From Ascoidea asiatica JCM 7603 (taxonomy: Eukaryota; Fungi; Ascomycota): a stretch of DNA of 64,000 nt. Below are positions 1 to 12,344 of this stretch, in pieces. Position 1 is the first letter of the stretch. Each line of letters starts with the position of its first letter. The notes beneath the pieces are model-generated. The model was not told the origin of the DNA. It searched no databases and worked only from the letters and a program-made list of their open reading frames with translations. The stretch is taken from positions 70,423-134,422 of the forward strand of contig BCKQ01000001.1 of the NCBI GenBank assembly GCA_001600695.1, written 5' to 3'. Made by a program: the position numbers and the translations under genes.

Positions 1-329
1 TAAGAAGAGAAATTATTATTTGAGAAGAAAATTAAATTATTGGATAATTGAATTAAATTTGATTGAATTAGATTAATTGAAGATAAAGATTTATTTGAAT
101 CTTTTGTTGATAATAATTGAGAATATAATTTATTTAAATTAATTGAAGGAATTGAAGAAATATTAATGTTTTTTAAAATTAATTTGAATTTTTCTTGATA
201 AGATAAAATTATTGAAGATAACTTTTTAGTATTATTTGAATTTGAAGAATTGGAAGATTTGGATAAAGAAGAAGAAGATCTTGTTGATTTAATAGATGAT
301 TTTGTATTTAGAATTGTATTAGTTGTCAT
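1..329 (-). CDS. 5' part of an unknown Ser/Asn-rich protein running off the window edge
   Basis: ATG at 329 on the minus strand opens a stop-free frame (MTTNTILNTKSSIKSTRSSSSLSKSS...) to position 1. It is absent from the ORF track because its stop lies outside the window. Confidence 0.6.
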   Translation of the reverse strand, partial: MTTNTILNTKSSIKSTRSSSSLSKSSNSSNSNNTKKLSSIILSYQEKFKLILKNINISSIPSINLNKLYSQLLSTKDSNKSLSSINLIQSNLIQLSNNLIFFSNNNFSS

Positions 330-1661
330 TATATTTTCAATACTTTTTTTTCCAAATTGACTATTTTTTTTACTTATATCTTTTATTTCATATAATTGAT
401 TTATTGATTTGAAAAGTATTAAATTGAGTTATCTCTGACTTATCATTGTTTATAAAAAATAGTAAGCGCCAATAGGTAATTATTTTACAAATATTAAATT
501 ATCAGTCTGTGATATCTCCCCTAAGTTTATTACTAAAAAACTATAATGATCAAATCTTTCTGCTATATTTTAACGCTGCTGTTAAAGGTTCTTTTGATGT
601 TTCTGCTATTTCTGATGGTTTTGATAGTTTTGGTGGTGGTTTTGTTTACTCTTTGTTATTTCGTAGGCTTTGTTTACATTCTGATTTACTTCACTCAAAA
701 GAACAGATGCAAACAGACCTGCGAAACCGCAAATACGGAACTCATTCAGGAAGGAACAAAAGCCCTGAAGTATACAAATATAGCCCTAAAGCAAAAAGTC
801 GGAATTCGTGTAATAAACTTCCTATTGTAGAAAAACATTTCGTATCAGAACTAAGCTCCGTGTCGAAAGTTGCATCCGTGTTTGTTTCCGGGTTCAAGTG
901 GTGCGGCTGAGCCGAATCTCGCTCGAATTCCCCAGATCCAAGCCAGAAATAGAAATCGTATATAAAGAACTTGTTTTCCCTTTTTTCGCTTTTTTTTCTT
1001 TTGTTTTTGGTTTTGTTTTTGATTTCCTTTAATTACTTCCCCTTTATTCTTTTTTGGTTTTGTTTTCAAGTTTTAGAAGTCAGTAACAATCTTCAATAAA
1101 TGCATCCAGTCAAACCTCATCAGAAGCATATCAGTAATAATAACAATAATAACAACAACAACAAGCGAGTTAATTTCCAAATCACAAAAATTAAGCGCCC
1201 CCATGAAAATGATGAAATATAAAATTATATTCTACTAAAGACAACTATTAATTTTATTCAATTAATTACCTAATAAAGGAATGTTCAAATCAGTGTTTAA
1301 AATTGGTATCGTGATGCAACAGAAATATTTGGATTAATATTTATCTATTTATTTATTTATCTTTTTCGGATTGATATTTGAGTTATTTTTTTTGCCGGAA
1401 TTCAAAATTATACAAAATAGTACAGTTTCACTGTAAATGGTGTAATACGATTTAAATTTCTATAAATAACAAAAAATTAAAAGAATTGAAACAAAAGAAA
1501 CAAATGAAAAAAAATATGAAATAAAAGGTTGAAAATTTGAATGAAAAAAGGTTATCACCTTATACAGGATTCTAATCAACTTATTCATATTTTTCAATTG
1601 ATAATCAATACTATTCAGTATTCAATTTTAAATATTAAATATTCACATTGGCATATACTTC

Positions 1662-1715
1662 GACTTAGACTTAGACTTAGACTTAGACTTTGACTTTGAC
1701 GTTGACATTGACATA
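1662..1715 (+). repeat. degenerate hexamer microsatellite (GACTTA/GACTTT/GACATT)n
   Basis: Tandem gactta units drifting to gacttt, gacgtt and gacatt. Confidence 0.85.
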
Positions 1716-2467
1716 TTATATTCTATCCTAGTCTATTTTATTCTGGTTTATTCTCTTTCAATTTACACACTAAATATTATGGCTTTATTTAAGATTGAAT
1801 TATTAGGGGAATAAAATTTTATTTGAATCTAACCACCATTACTTTTATTAATTTTTTTTTCAAAATTACAGTAATTAATGAATGAGTCATATTTAATATA
1901 TTGAATATTTCAAATGAATAATGGAATATAATATAATAGAATATAATAATTTTATTATTAATAAAGTAAATCAAAATGGTTTAATGTGAAAATATTTCAT
2001 TAATTTTTCCTTTTAAATTTTATTTAAATATACTGTTTACATTTTTGCGTGAATTAATATATTCACCATATTAAAAAAGCTTTTACATTGATATTATAAA
2101 CTTTAATAATGGTTTACCAATAATTTTTAATTTCACCTATTTATCGTATACGGTAAAAATTCAAGCTTTTTAGTTAAAAGAATTTGAAATTACTTTTAAA
2201 AGAAATGGTAATAAAAGAAAAAAAGAACTCAAGCGGAAAAACTAAATTAGGAATATATTTGAATAATTTGAAAATAAGAGAAAAAAGAAGTGAAAATAAA
2301 TAAAAATAATCAAAGTATTATAACTCTGATGTTTAATTGTTCATTATTCAATTTAGAAGCCATAAATATAAAGTGATATAAAGTAATATTATATAATATT
2401 ATATAATACTAGATAATATTTGATAATAATTATACACTTATACGCTAATGGAGATGAAATAAAAAAT

Positions 2468-2500
<33 letters not shown>

Positions 2501-4386
2501 TTCATTTATTCATTCAATTGATTATTTAATTGATACTCGAATACTAACTACATTTAATCGCCTTAATAAATCAAAAAAAAAAACAGGCGTAAAAATTTTG
2601 AAGAATAATCAATCAATCTATCAAATTCGCTGGAGATATAGACGACTCACTGAAAATAGACACAGTATAATACTGTAGATAAAAACAAAAATATAAGAAT
2701 GCCACTTTATTTATTAGTTATATTGGACAGATAGATAGAAAACAGACAAAAGACAAAATAAATACAAATAGACAAAAAAAGAAAATAAGCAAAATATGAA
2801 AAAATTAGAAGCCAAAGATAGACAAGAGACTAACAGCAATAACAGCTGTTGAAAGAGAATAAAGGGAATTAAAGAAAGTAAAGAAAATAAAAAGAGCAAA
2901 AAGAATAATCCAAAGAAATAAGGTTGTGTCTTTGATTGAGGTTGAGTCTGGTTTAAAAGTGGTTTTACTAATGTTTTTAGTGGGTGAGACAAAAGTGTTT
3001 TCTTTTCCGCAGACGGCTTTCATTGTTCAACACCCAAACTGAGGGTAAAGGGATTCAAATAGAGTTGCAAAACAAGAAGGGAAGCTTTTTTCCCTGGCAC
3101 ATGAGTAGACCCACGGACTCCTGATTCTCGTACTTCTGGTACTTCTCATAGTTGCTTCCAGTATTACTTTTGAAAAGCAAGCTTCTCAATTATGAATAAG
3201 GAGGTTTACACTATTTATAAGTGCTATTTCTGAGGTGGAATGCGGGAACGAGAGCGCTGTGCAATATTGTGTATGGCACGCATTTGCAAGAAATACGGGC
3301 CGTACGCACTCTGCTGCCAGAGCCCGTCCTGCTGCGCACCACCGCTCACCCCCAAACGCCGCCGCTGGCCCAGCCCAAACCCAGCCCAAGTCGCCTGCGC
3401 TTCCAGTCATGCTCTTGTCTCTGCTCTTGTCTCTGTTTTTGCCTGCTCTGCTTTTGTCTGCTTGCTACAAATTCTCTGCTTCACACTCAGACTCAGAATC
3501 AGTCCTTGGCAAATAAAAATAGCTTATAAACAGGCCTAAATTTATTTTATTTCATTTCCTTAAGAAAACAAACCTTCTGAAATAAAACTAAAATAAAATA
3601 TTAAAATATCAAAATATTAAAATATTAAAATATTAAAATAACAAATAAATTAAATACAAAATATACTTTTTTATTCACATATTCTTATTTTTAAATATTT
3701 TTTTGAAAACTCTACCAATCAATAAATCATCACACTTTGTTTTCTCTTTCATAAAGAAATGAAAAATCTTCTAGGTCACCTTTACCTTTTTTCATAAAAT
3801 TTGTCTGTTTAAATAAATTTATTTCACAGTTTATTTTACAATTTTTTTAAAATATTTATACAATATTTCTGACTAAATTAAAATTATATCTAAGATATAT
3901 CTTTAAGATATAATATAATAATATAATAATCATACTATTTAATTCAATTTAATTCAATCAGTACTCCTCAAAATTTCTGACTTGGTTCTCCATTCTCTTT
4001 TATCAAACATATCAAACATATCAAACATATCAATATATCAATATATCAATATATCAAACTTATCAAACTTATCAAACAAATCAAATATATAATTCAAGCA
4101 CTTCATTAAACAATCCAGAGTCTATGGTTAAATATTATTCATAAATCCTTTAATTTAATCTTTTTAAAATATATTAATCCTTTTTAAATTTTTATTTTAA
4201 TTTTATAAATTATTTAACCATAATCATTTATCATTTATCATAATCAAAACAAACAAATAACAAATAACAAATAACAGATAACAAATAACAAATAGCAAAT
4301 AGCAAATAGCAAATAACAAAATCAACAACTTCATAAATCTATTAAATCATTTCAACTTATTCTATTCAATATAAATTTATATCAAT

Positions 4387-4953
4387 ATGGTTCTTGTTAA
4401 TGGTATTAAATATGCTTGTGAAAGATGTATTCGTGGTCATCGTGTTACAACTTGTACCCATACTGATCAACCTTTAATAATGATTAAACCAAAAGGTAGA
4501 CCTTCAACTCAATGTCAACATTGTAAACAATCAAGAAAATCAAAAAATCATCATGCAAATTGTAGTTGTAAAAAAGATAATTCAAAAAAAAAATTAATTC
4601 TTGATCCAATTCAGTTACTTACTTCAAATTCAAATTCAAACTCCTCTGATGATGATAAAATTACTTGTTCTTGTGGTAAAGGAGTTAAATGTGTTTGTAA
4701 AGCAAGAAAATTAAATGATTCAAATTCAAATTCAAATTCAAATTCAAATTCAAATTCAAAATCAAAATTAAAATCTAAATCAAAATCAATTTCTTCAATA
4801 AATTCTTTAAATTCTAATTCTATTCAACCAATTTCTTCAACTTTTAATCCAAATGATTTCAATATCAATTCAAATAATATTAATTTAAGTAGATCAAATA
4901 CTCCTTCAATTAATAATAATTTAAATACTTCCAATATTAATCTACAATCTTTA

Positions 4954-4984
<31 letters not shown>

Positions 4985-5840
4985 TCAATAATAATAATAA
5001 CAATGTTAATAACAACAATAATTCCAAATCTAATAATAACCTCAATAACAATAATAGCTTTAATTTATCTTTAGATAACGATTTATTCAATTTCAATAGT
5101 ATTTCAAGCTTACAAATGTATCCATCAACAAGTAATATTACTTTACCTTTATCACCTTCATCAAATTTGAATAATAGTGATTGGGATTTAAATTCATTAA
5201 ATGGTGGAGCTGCAATGAGTGAATATTCAAATACTTCTTTTTTACAAAATAGTAATAATAACAACAATAATAATAATATCAATAATAACAATAATAATAA
5301 CAATCATAATAATTTAAATAATAATTTGAAAAATATGAATATTCACTCAACTTCTGGTTCTGTTGCCTCATCCTTAAATCAATTAGGAAATAATAATCTT
5401 GATTCTAATATAAATTCTTATTTTCAAATTCCAATTGCAAATACTCAATCCTCAAGACAAAGTATATATAATGGAAATTCAACTAATTCGAATAATAATA
5501 ACAACAATCCTAATACTCCTGGAAGTATTAGACCTTCAACTCCATTATCTTTCAATAATTCAAATTTAAATAACATTGGTACCATTCACACCAATAATTT
5601 AAATAATAATATGAATAATATGAATATGAATATGAATATTAATTCAAATATCAATTCAATTAATAATAGTGGCTTTAATACTGATTCTTCTTCAACTTCA
5701 AGTAATAAACTTATAAGTCCAAGAACAAGGGTTGGAGAAGTTTCAATTCCTGTTGATGATTTCAAAATTAATGAAATTAACTTACCTTATCAATCTGCTT
5801 TTGGTTTATTAGATTTATTCACGCCACAACAACAACAATT

Positions 5841-5875
<35 letters not shown>

Positions 5876-6360
5876 CTGCTTTATCAACTATAAACTTTAA
5901 CAATAATTTATCAAATAGTAGAAATTCTTCTTCAAGTAATTTATCAAAATATAATAACAATAACATTAATAACAATAATAATAGTAATTCAAATGCAAAA
6001 TATAATACTAATTCAAATATGAATCCTAATATGAACATGAATTTAAATATGAACATGAATATGAATTCAGTAAGCCCTCCTCAAATGAGTAACCTCTCAT
6101 TACTAAGTTCAAATTCAATGAATTTTAATAATAATAACTCTTTAATTCAAAATCAAAATGACTTTCAAAATAATAATAATTACCCTGGTCAATCGCAAAA
6201 CCATTATTCAAATAATAACAATAATAATAACAACAATATCAATAATAATAGCAATTATAATGATGATCTTCAACCTTCTGAAGCTATTTTGCCTTTATTT
6301 CCTTTGATTGGGTTAACCACAAATTCTGCAAGTTTAACTGAACAGGAACAACCAATGTGA
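4387..6360 (+). CDS. HAA1: copper-fist DNA-binding transcription factor, Haa1/Cup2(Ace1) family
   Basis: The N-terminus MVLVNGIKYACERCIRGHRVTTCTHTDQPLIMIKPKGRP closely matches the Haa1 copper-fist domain, followed by a long Asn/Gln-rich region. Confidence 0.85.
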
Positions 6361-7047
6361 AACTTATTATGCAAATATTTGCGAACCAGTTTAAAATCAC
6401 CTATTTTAATCTGCTGTTTCATCTATTTCTAAATTATCCATTATTTTTTCAACTTCATATAATATGTCACTCGCTTAATTTCTGATTCCTTTTTCTATTT
6501 TTTTTTTTATTTAAATCAATCACTAATTTGATCATACCTTTTATTTATCAATTGCCAATATTCTGACCCAAAACTATAACATCATATTTTTTTACTTATT
6601 TTTTTAGCTCATTTTCATTCTATTTTTTTATTACCTGTAATAATACTGCTTTTGACTGTTACTCTTAATGTTTATGAAAATAGATTCTTTTTTTTTTATT
6701 GCTTTTTTAACAAAAAATCTCAAAAATTATTTTTTTTGCCAAAATACTAACTAATAATATTGAATTTTTTTATCTTTTTTATCTCTATAGATCTTATATT
6801 TTAATATTAATTCTTTTTTTAACATATTATAGCTTTCGAATTTCTCTTATTTTCTTTATTTTGGAGATTCAAAATTTCTTTTAAATTAAGACTTGTGAAC
6901 TAATAACCTGTTTAAGTTTTGCAATTTTTGTAAAGTTTTTAAGAATATACAGTATATGTAGTAATTAATCAAATTAATATATGTTATATTACATTAAATT
7001 ATATGAAACTAAATAAAGTAAAATGAATTTCCCAATTTATCTACTTA

Positions 7048-9600
7048 TTAATAATAGTCAGTATCATTGTCATTGTTATTGTTATTGTCATTGTCATCAT
7101 CAATGTCATCAATGTCATCATCCTCATCATCCTCATCATCGTAATCAGTATACTCAGTATTATAACCATTGTCATGAATATTATCATAATAAAAATGTCT
7201 ATCAGGGAGACAAAACTCTTCAACTCTATCATAATCACCATCACTATAAAAAATATAATCGGTTGAATTTGGACTTGCTCTGGAGACATCACGATGCTGA
7301 ATCTTTTTTTTATTATACAATAAATCTGAATAAAATAACCATTTCAAAGAGCCAATAAAGCTGGCATCCAAAACATTTATAACTCCAGATTCTAAATCAA
7401 ATTCTATATCGAACAACTTTTTTATTTTGCCATTTTTTTCTTTTTTGATATTGTCATCCTTTTTTATTTCTTTGCCTTTTAATTTTTTTAATTGACGCTT
7501 TTTGCGTCTATTGAGTTGCTTTTTACTCAACCCTATTTCATTTTGCTCCTTTTCTGGAACTCCTTTCTCTATAACACCTGAGATTTTTTTGGATTCACTT
7601 TTGATCTGATCAAGAGATTTCTCTTTCACAATTTTTTCTGTATGTTTACAAATAGAATAAAAACTTAATAATTTTATTAATCTATTGATTAAAAATTTGA
7701 AATCTCCAGTATGATTTGAATTATTTAAATTTTTTAAAAAAATCTCAGTAAATAAAAATTCATTTTTAATTATTTCATTATCAAAACACATACTTTTATA
7801 CCATCTATTGAATAATAAAGTGAATTTTCGGAAAAAAACTTTACCAGGAAATAATAAATTAAAAAATTCTTCTTTAAATTTATCTTCAAAAGAAATTAAT
7901 TGATTTCTTAAGGATGGAAATATTTGATTTTGAATTCTTGTGAACTCTGAAATGAACATTTTATCTTTCAGTTGAATTTCTTCTTTCAATTCAACCTGGT
8001 TTTTGAATTCTTGTTGAGTAAAGTTTAAATAATTTTGACCATAATTTAAAATATTTTCATATTCTAAGTATTTTATTGAAGTAATGAAAATATTATTTCG
8101 AAATTTAAAATTTTCAACTATAAGATTTAAATCGCCAATTGACATATTATCTAGAAATAATTTTTCTTCAATAATTTGGATATTTTCATATATTAATGAA
8201 GTACCTTTTAATTCAGAAATTATTTCACTATTTGTGAGAAAAATACATTTAAGATCTTTTAATTCTTCTTGAAAAGTAATATTAGTTGGAGAATTATTAT
8301 TTGAGGTAGAGGATAAAAAAGAAAAATTATTTGTATTTGAAGTTAAATGAATATATTTATTAATTAAAAGTTTTATTAAATGATAATTTGAGAAATTTTG
8401 CATTATAAAAAATTTTGAAAGATTTGTGATTAAAATTTTATTTGGATCTGAAAAGAATTTCATGAAATTGAAATTATTACGATTATCATTATTTTGGGAA
8501 AGAGAAATAAAATCATCAAAATTGATAATTTCTGTTATATTTTTGATATCTAGATTATTATCTAAATGATTAGCTATATGATTATTTATATGACTATCGA
8601 TTGGATTATCGGTTGGATTATCAGTTAAATTATTAATTTGATCAGTAATTTGTAAATTTTCATTAGAAATGATTATTTTATTTATATTTAAAATAAATAA
8701 ATTTAAAAAATTATACCAAATTATGTAATTATATTTATTTTTTTCAGTTGATAAGCATTTTAAAACTTGAAATTTAAAATTTAGCTTAATAAAATTAATG
8801 AATAAATTTAAAAAAAATTTGAAAATTGATTGGATTTTGATTAAAATTAAAATTAGTAAATATCTAATATTGAATTTCAAATAATTTGATGAAATAACTA
8901 AATTTTTAAAGATTTTTTTATCATTGGAATTAAAAAAAAATATTTCAAAAGATTTCTCAATTAATTTATTTTTAAATATTGTATTTAGAATCAGTGAATA
9001 TTTGTCAGAATCGTTACTTATATTATTATCATTACCATTATCATTGGAATTAGAAATACAATTAGAAATAGAAGTAGAAGTTGGAATTGAACAATCTAGG
9101 GAAGCATTGAAAACTAAAGTAGAAAAAGATTTAAATATATTATCAACTTTCAATTTTTGATTAACATATTCAATCATTTGATTGTGTAAATTTGAATCAT
9201 CGAGATCTGCATAATTTATCTCCATTTCCAATAAATTTTCAAAAATCCTTTTATCATTATTATTTTCATTATTGATTTCATTTTTATTTTGAATAACCGA
9301 ATTATTAATGACAGGTTTTATATTATTCTTTTTTCTTCTTTTCTTCTTGTTATCTTTTCTCGATTTATTTTTTGACTTATATTTTTTCTTTTTTGATTGA
9401 TAACTTTCTGAATTTTCAACATTATTAATTAATTTTTTAGATAAGCTTTCTTTATCGGAATCAATACCATCAAAACTCTGTTTTCTCTTTTTATTTTGGG
9501 AAACTTCAATTAAATTATCTGATGAAATTTGATTATTTGCATTCAAATTGTCTGGCATTGAAGTAATCATGGAATGCTCTTCCTCATTGGTGGAAGACAT
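7048..9600 (-). CDS. uncharacterised ~850 aa protein with basic NLS-like clusters and an acidic C-terminal tail
   Basis: Long uninterrupted ORF. The first ATG is at 9600 (MSSTNEEEH...), whereas the ORF track starts at an upstream TTG. No family recognised. Confidence 0.75.
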   Translation of the reverse strand: MSSTNEEEHSMITSMPDNLNANNQISSDNLIEVSQNKKRKQSFDGIDSDKESLSKKLINNVENSESYQSKKKKYKSKNKSRKDNKKKRRKKNNIKPVINNSVIQNKNEINNENNNDKRIFENLLEMEINYADLDDSNLHNQMIEYVNQKLKVDNIFKSFSTLVFNASLDCSIPTSTSISNCISNSNDNGNDNNISNDSDKYSLILNTIFKNKLIEKSFEIFFFNSNDKKIFKNLVISSNYLKFNIRYLLILILIKIQSIFKFFLNLFINFIKLNFKFQVLKCLSTEKNKYNYIIWYNFLNLFILNINKIIISNENLQITDQINNLTDNPTDNPIDSHINNHIANHLDNNLDIKNITEIINFDDFISLSQNNDNRNNFNFMKFFSDPNKILITNLSKFFIMQNFSNYHLIKLLINKYIHLTSNTNNFSFLSSTSNNNSPTNITFQEELKDLKCIFLTNSEIISELKGTSLIYENIQIIEEKLFLDNMSIGDLNLIVENFKFRNNIFITSIKYLEYENILNYGQNYLNFTQQEFKNQVELKEEIQLKDKMFISEFTRIQNQIFPSLRNQLISFEDKFKEEFFNLLFPGKVFFRKFTLLFNRWYKSMCFDNEIIKNEFLFTEIFLKNLNNSNHTGDFKFLINRLIKLLSFYSICKHTEKIVKEKSLDQIKSESKKISGVIEKGVPEKEQNEIGLSKKQLNRRKKRQLKKLKGKEIKKDDNIKKEKNGKIKKLFDIEFDLESGVINVLDASFIGSLKWLFYSDLLYNKKKIQHRDVSRASPNSTDYIFYSDGDYDRVEEFCLPDRHFYYDNIHDNGYNTEYTDYDDEDDEDDDIDDIDDDNDNNNNNDNDTDYY

Positions 9601-12110
9601 GCTGAACAAGTAATAGATCTAGCACGAACTTCTTTGAATCTCTGTTGCTTTTAATGACCAATATTGATTTCTCCTTACATTGATACTCTGTTGTTTATTC
9701 TGTTGATTATACTTATTATCTTGTTGTTTAGTCTGTTGATTCTATTGAATCTGTTTCATTTGATTAAATTGATGTAGTTGATTTATTTTGTTGTTGCTGG
9801 TTGTTGTTTGTGCTGATAATCAATTCTTTTCACCAGCCACACTTAACTCAAAAGCTGAAGAGATCCGACCATGAGGAGGTCGTAATAGTTCTTGTAAATT
9901 ATACTCCAATCGGAAATATGTTTTTCCATTCAACTATATGCACTAGACATTTGTACCTACGTATGTATACCTGCATTTTATTTGCTTTAAAGTTCAATTT
10001 CCGGCCAGGTACCAGATCGGGCAACTCTCTCTTTTCGATGTGTTTGAAACTGGAATGGGTGTTTTTTTGCAATGGTGAGTGAACTTTGAAGAAACAGCAG
10101 AAAGAATTGTTTGTGAAGCAAGAAACAGTTTTCAAAAGGTTCTTGGTGATTCATATTCACAAGAACATTCATTGCTCTTATTCAGAAGCATACAGACTGT
10201 AGTTATTTTTCAAGGATAAATGTTTCTTGGATTGCTGAATACTTTTCTGAAACTGTAACTTAAGGAAGTCTTTTGAAGAAAAAAAAAAAAGCAAGTAAAA
10301 AAGTTAAAATAAAAAAGAAAGAAAAACTTTAGATTCAGAATATTTAAGGTGGGATTTAATTTTTCAAAATGGAATGTTTTTAGCTTTGAAATTTGTTTAA
10401 TGGGCTTTAATTTTAGCATTAAACATATTAAGGTTGAAAAGATTTAATTAGAAACAGATGGAATAAATAATTTATCAAAGATTCTGTTATCTAAAGCTAC
10501 GTATTCAAATAATCCTGCTTTTGATTAGTAGTTTTGTTTCAGAGATTCATTTCAATACATTTCCAAAAGCTGTATAAATTTTTCAACAATTTTCAATATT
10601 TTTCACTGCTTTCACTCATCACTTGAAAATCTTTATGTATGAAAAATCCCTTAAAAGTCTCTAAGACCAAATTTTACAAATTCTTTAAAATCCCCTTTGT
10701 TTCTGTACTTTATTCATAATAAAAAACTTGTTCTAGACTTTTTTCCGATTTTTCTTGTTTCTAATTTTTTTTCCATCAATTTATCTGTGTGATAGTGATT
10801 TATGGTTTTGTAAGAAAATAAGAAAATATTGTAAAGCCTATATAAGTAAGCTAATTGGAAAAAAATTGGAAAAGATGAAAGCTCGCAATCTTATTTTATT
10901 GACTGTTCTAAATTTTACAAATATAAAAAAAAAAAGATTTAGTATAAACATCCTCCTACCACTTGACATTTTTTTTTATTTCTTCTAGTTTCTTCTTATT
11001 GGTTTGTGTTTTTTCTTTTTTATTCTTTCACCCAAAAAGAAAAACACAATGAATTGAAAATAAAGATATTGAAAATAAGTAAAGTAATTAATAAAAAAAA
11101 AGGAATTGAATTGAATGAAGCTAAAATTTATAAAAGTTATAAAAAATATGTAAACTATATAAACTATGAGTAATATAAAAATACGTAAATGATTTTGAAA
11201 ATAACAGCATAAATTTTTATGAAAAACTATATCTGAGATTGCAATTTCAAAATGGTAAAATAATATGTAAGTATGACGATAATGTAAAATCAGATAAAAA
11301 AAAAAGGAAAAAAAAAATAGTACAAATCTCTTACTTATTATTTAATTCGATGTATTATTAATGAAAATATTTGAATGATTTATAAGCGAGAGTAATTATA
11401 AACAGCATAATAAAATAACGATGACTTTAAATGGAAATTTGAAAAGCCTCACGATAATTAAAAAAAAATGAAGAAAAAAAAAAAGTAGTAAATAAAAATA
11501 AGTAATTCATATAATTCTTTTAATTGTCTTTGATTTTCTTAAGAGTAATTTATTGAATGAATTGTTAAATGAATGATTGGAAAAAGTGATGCTTAAACAA
11601 ATTGTTTCACAAATGATGGATGTAGTTGATAATTTTGATTCTTAAAGGATAATAAAAATAAAGAAAATATTGAATAAATTTATGATTGTATAATATAGGA
11701 TGAAAATAATTTCAATAAAGCATAATGATAAAAATAAGCGAAAGATGAGCCATTATAATTGATTAAATAAATAGATAATAGAACAAATCAGATTAATAAG
11801 TTGAATAAGTAAATAAATTGGCATAGTATGGTACGATATAATATGATCTGAATGAAATAATGAAAAAATGAGAGATTGAGATAATAAATAAAATGATAGG
11901 TGATGAAAATTGATAAAGTATATTTGTTTAATTGAATTGGTGTTTTATGTTTTGAATTAATTTGGCCCTTTTATTCTAGTAATTGGTTTTTTTAGTGTTT
12001 TTTTGCTTTTTTACCATTTTTTTTTTGTTTTTGTTTTTTTTGTTCAATTGTTTTCATAATTTTTCCATTTTATTAGATCTTTTGATATCAAATGAAAAGC
12101 AAAGTAATTT

Positions 12111-12344
12111 TCAAGGTAAAAATTCATAGCTGTCAACCCCAAGATTCAGATGTTTAACCTTTTTATTTATAACACAACGATTAAAACACAAATGATGTTT
12201 GCATGTTTGACATTTTATATTATAATTTAATTGTTCTATTGGAACTTTTGTTGAAACGACATCAAAGTGACCATTACAACATTTCCAGAATGTAATATAT
12301 CTTGTACAACCCAAGGGGATTGAAGGCATCTGAGAGTGATACAT
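12111..12344 (-). CDS. small Cys/His-rich putative zinc-binding protein (77 aa)
   Basis: ATG with A at -3, the pattern WKCCNGH...KCQTCKHHLCFNRC, and higher sequence complexity than the flanking AT-rich DNA. Confidence 0.6.
   Translation of the reverse strand: MYHSQMPSIPLGCTRYITFWKCCNGHFDVVSTKVPIEQLNYNIKCQTCKHHLCFNRCVINKKVKHLNLGVDSYEFLP

Noticed and set aside
3186-3539. Several overlapping short ORFs here and in other GC-rich patches (509-910, 15197-15523, 19715-20189, 30655-30927, 46599-46915)
   Set aside because: They are by-products of GC-rich promoter islands with few stop codons, with atypical composition and mostly non-ATG starts.
4824-6056. Antisense poly-Leu/poly-Cys ORFs inside HAA1 (and similar shadows in RPC37, SEC16 and ASI)
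   Set aside because: They are reverse-strand translations of AAT/CAA/GAT codon repeats.
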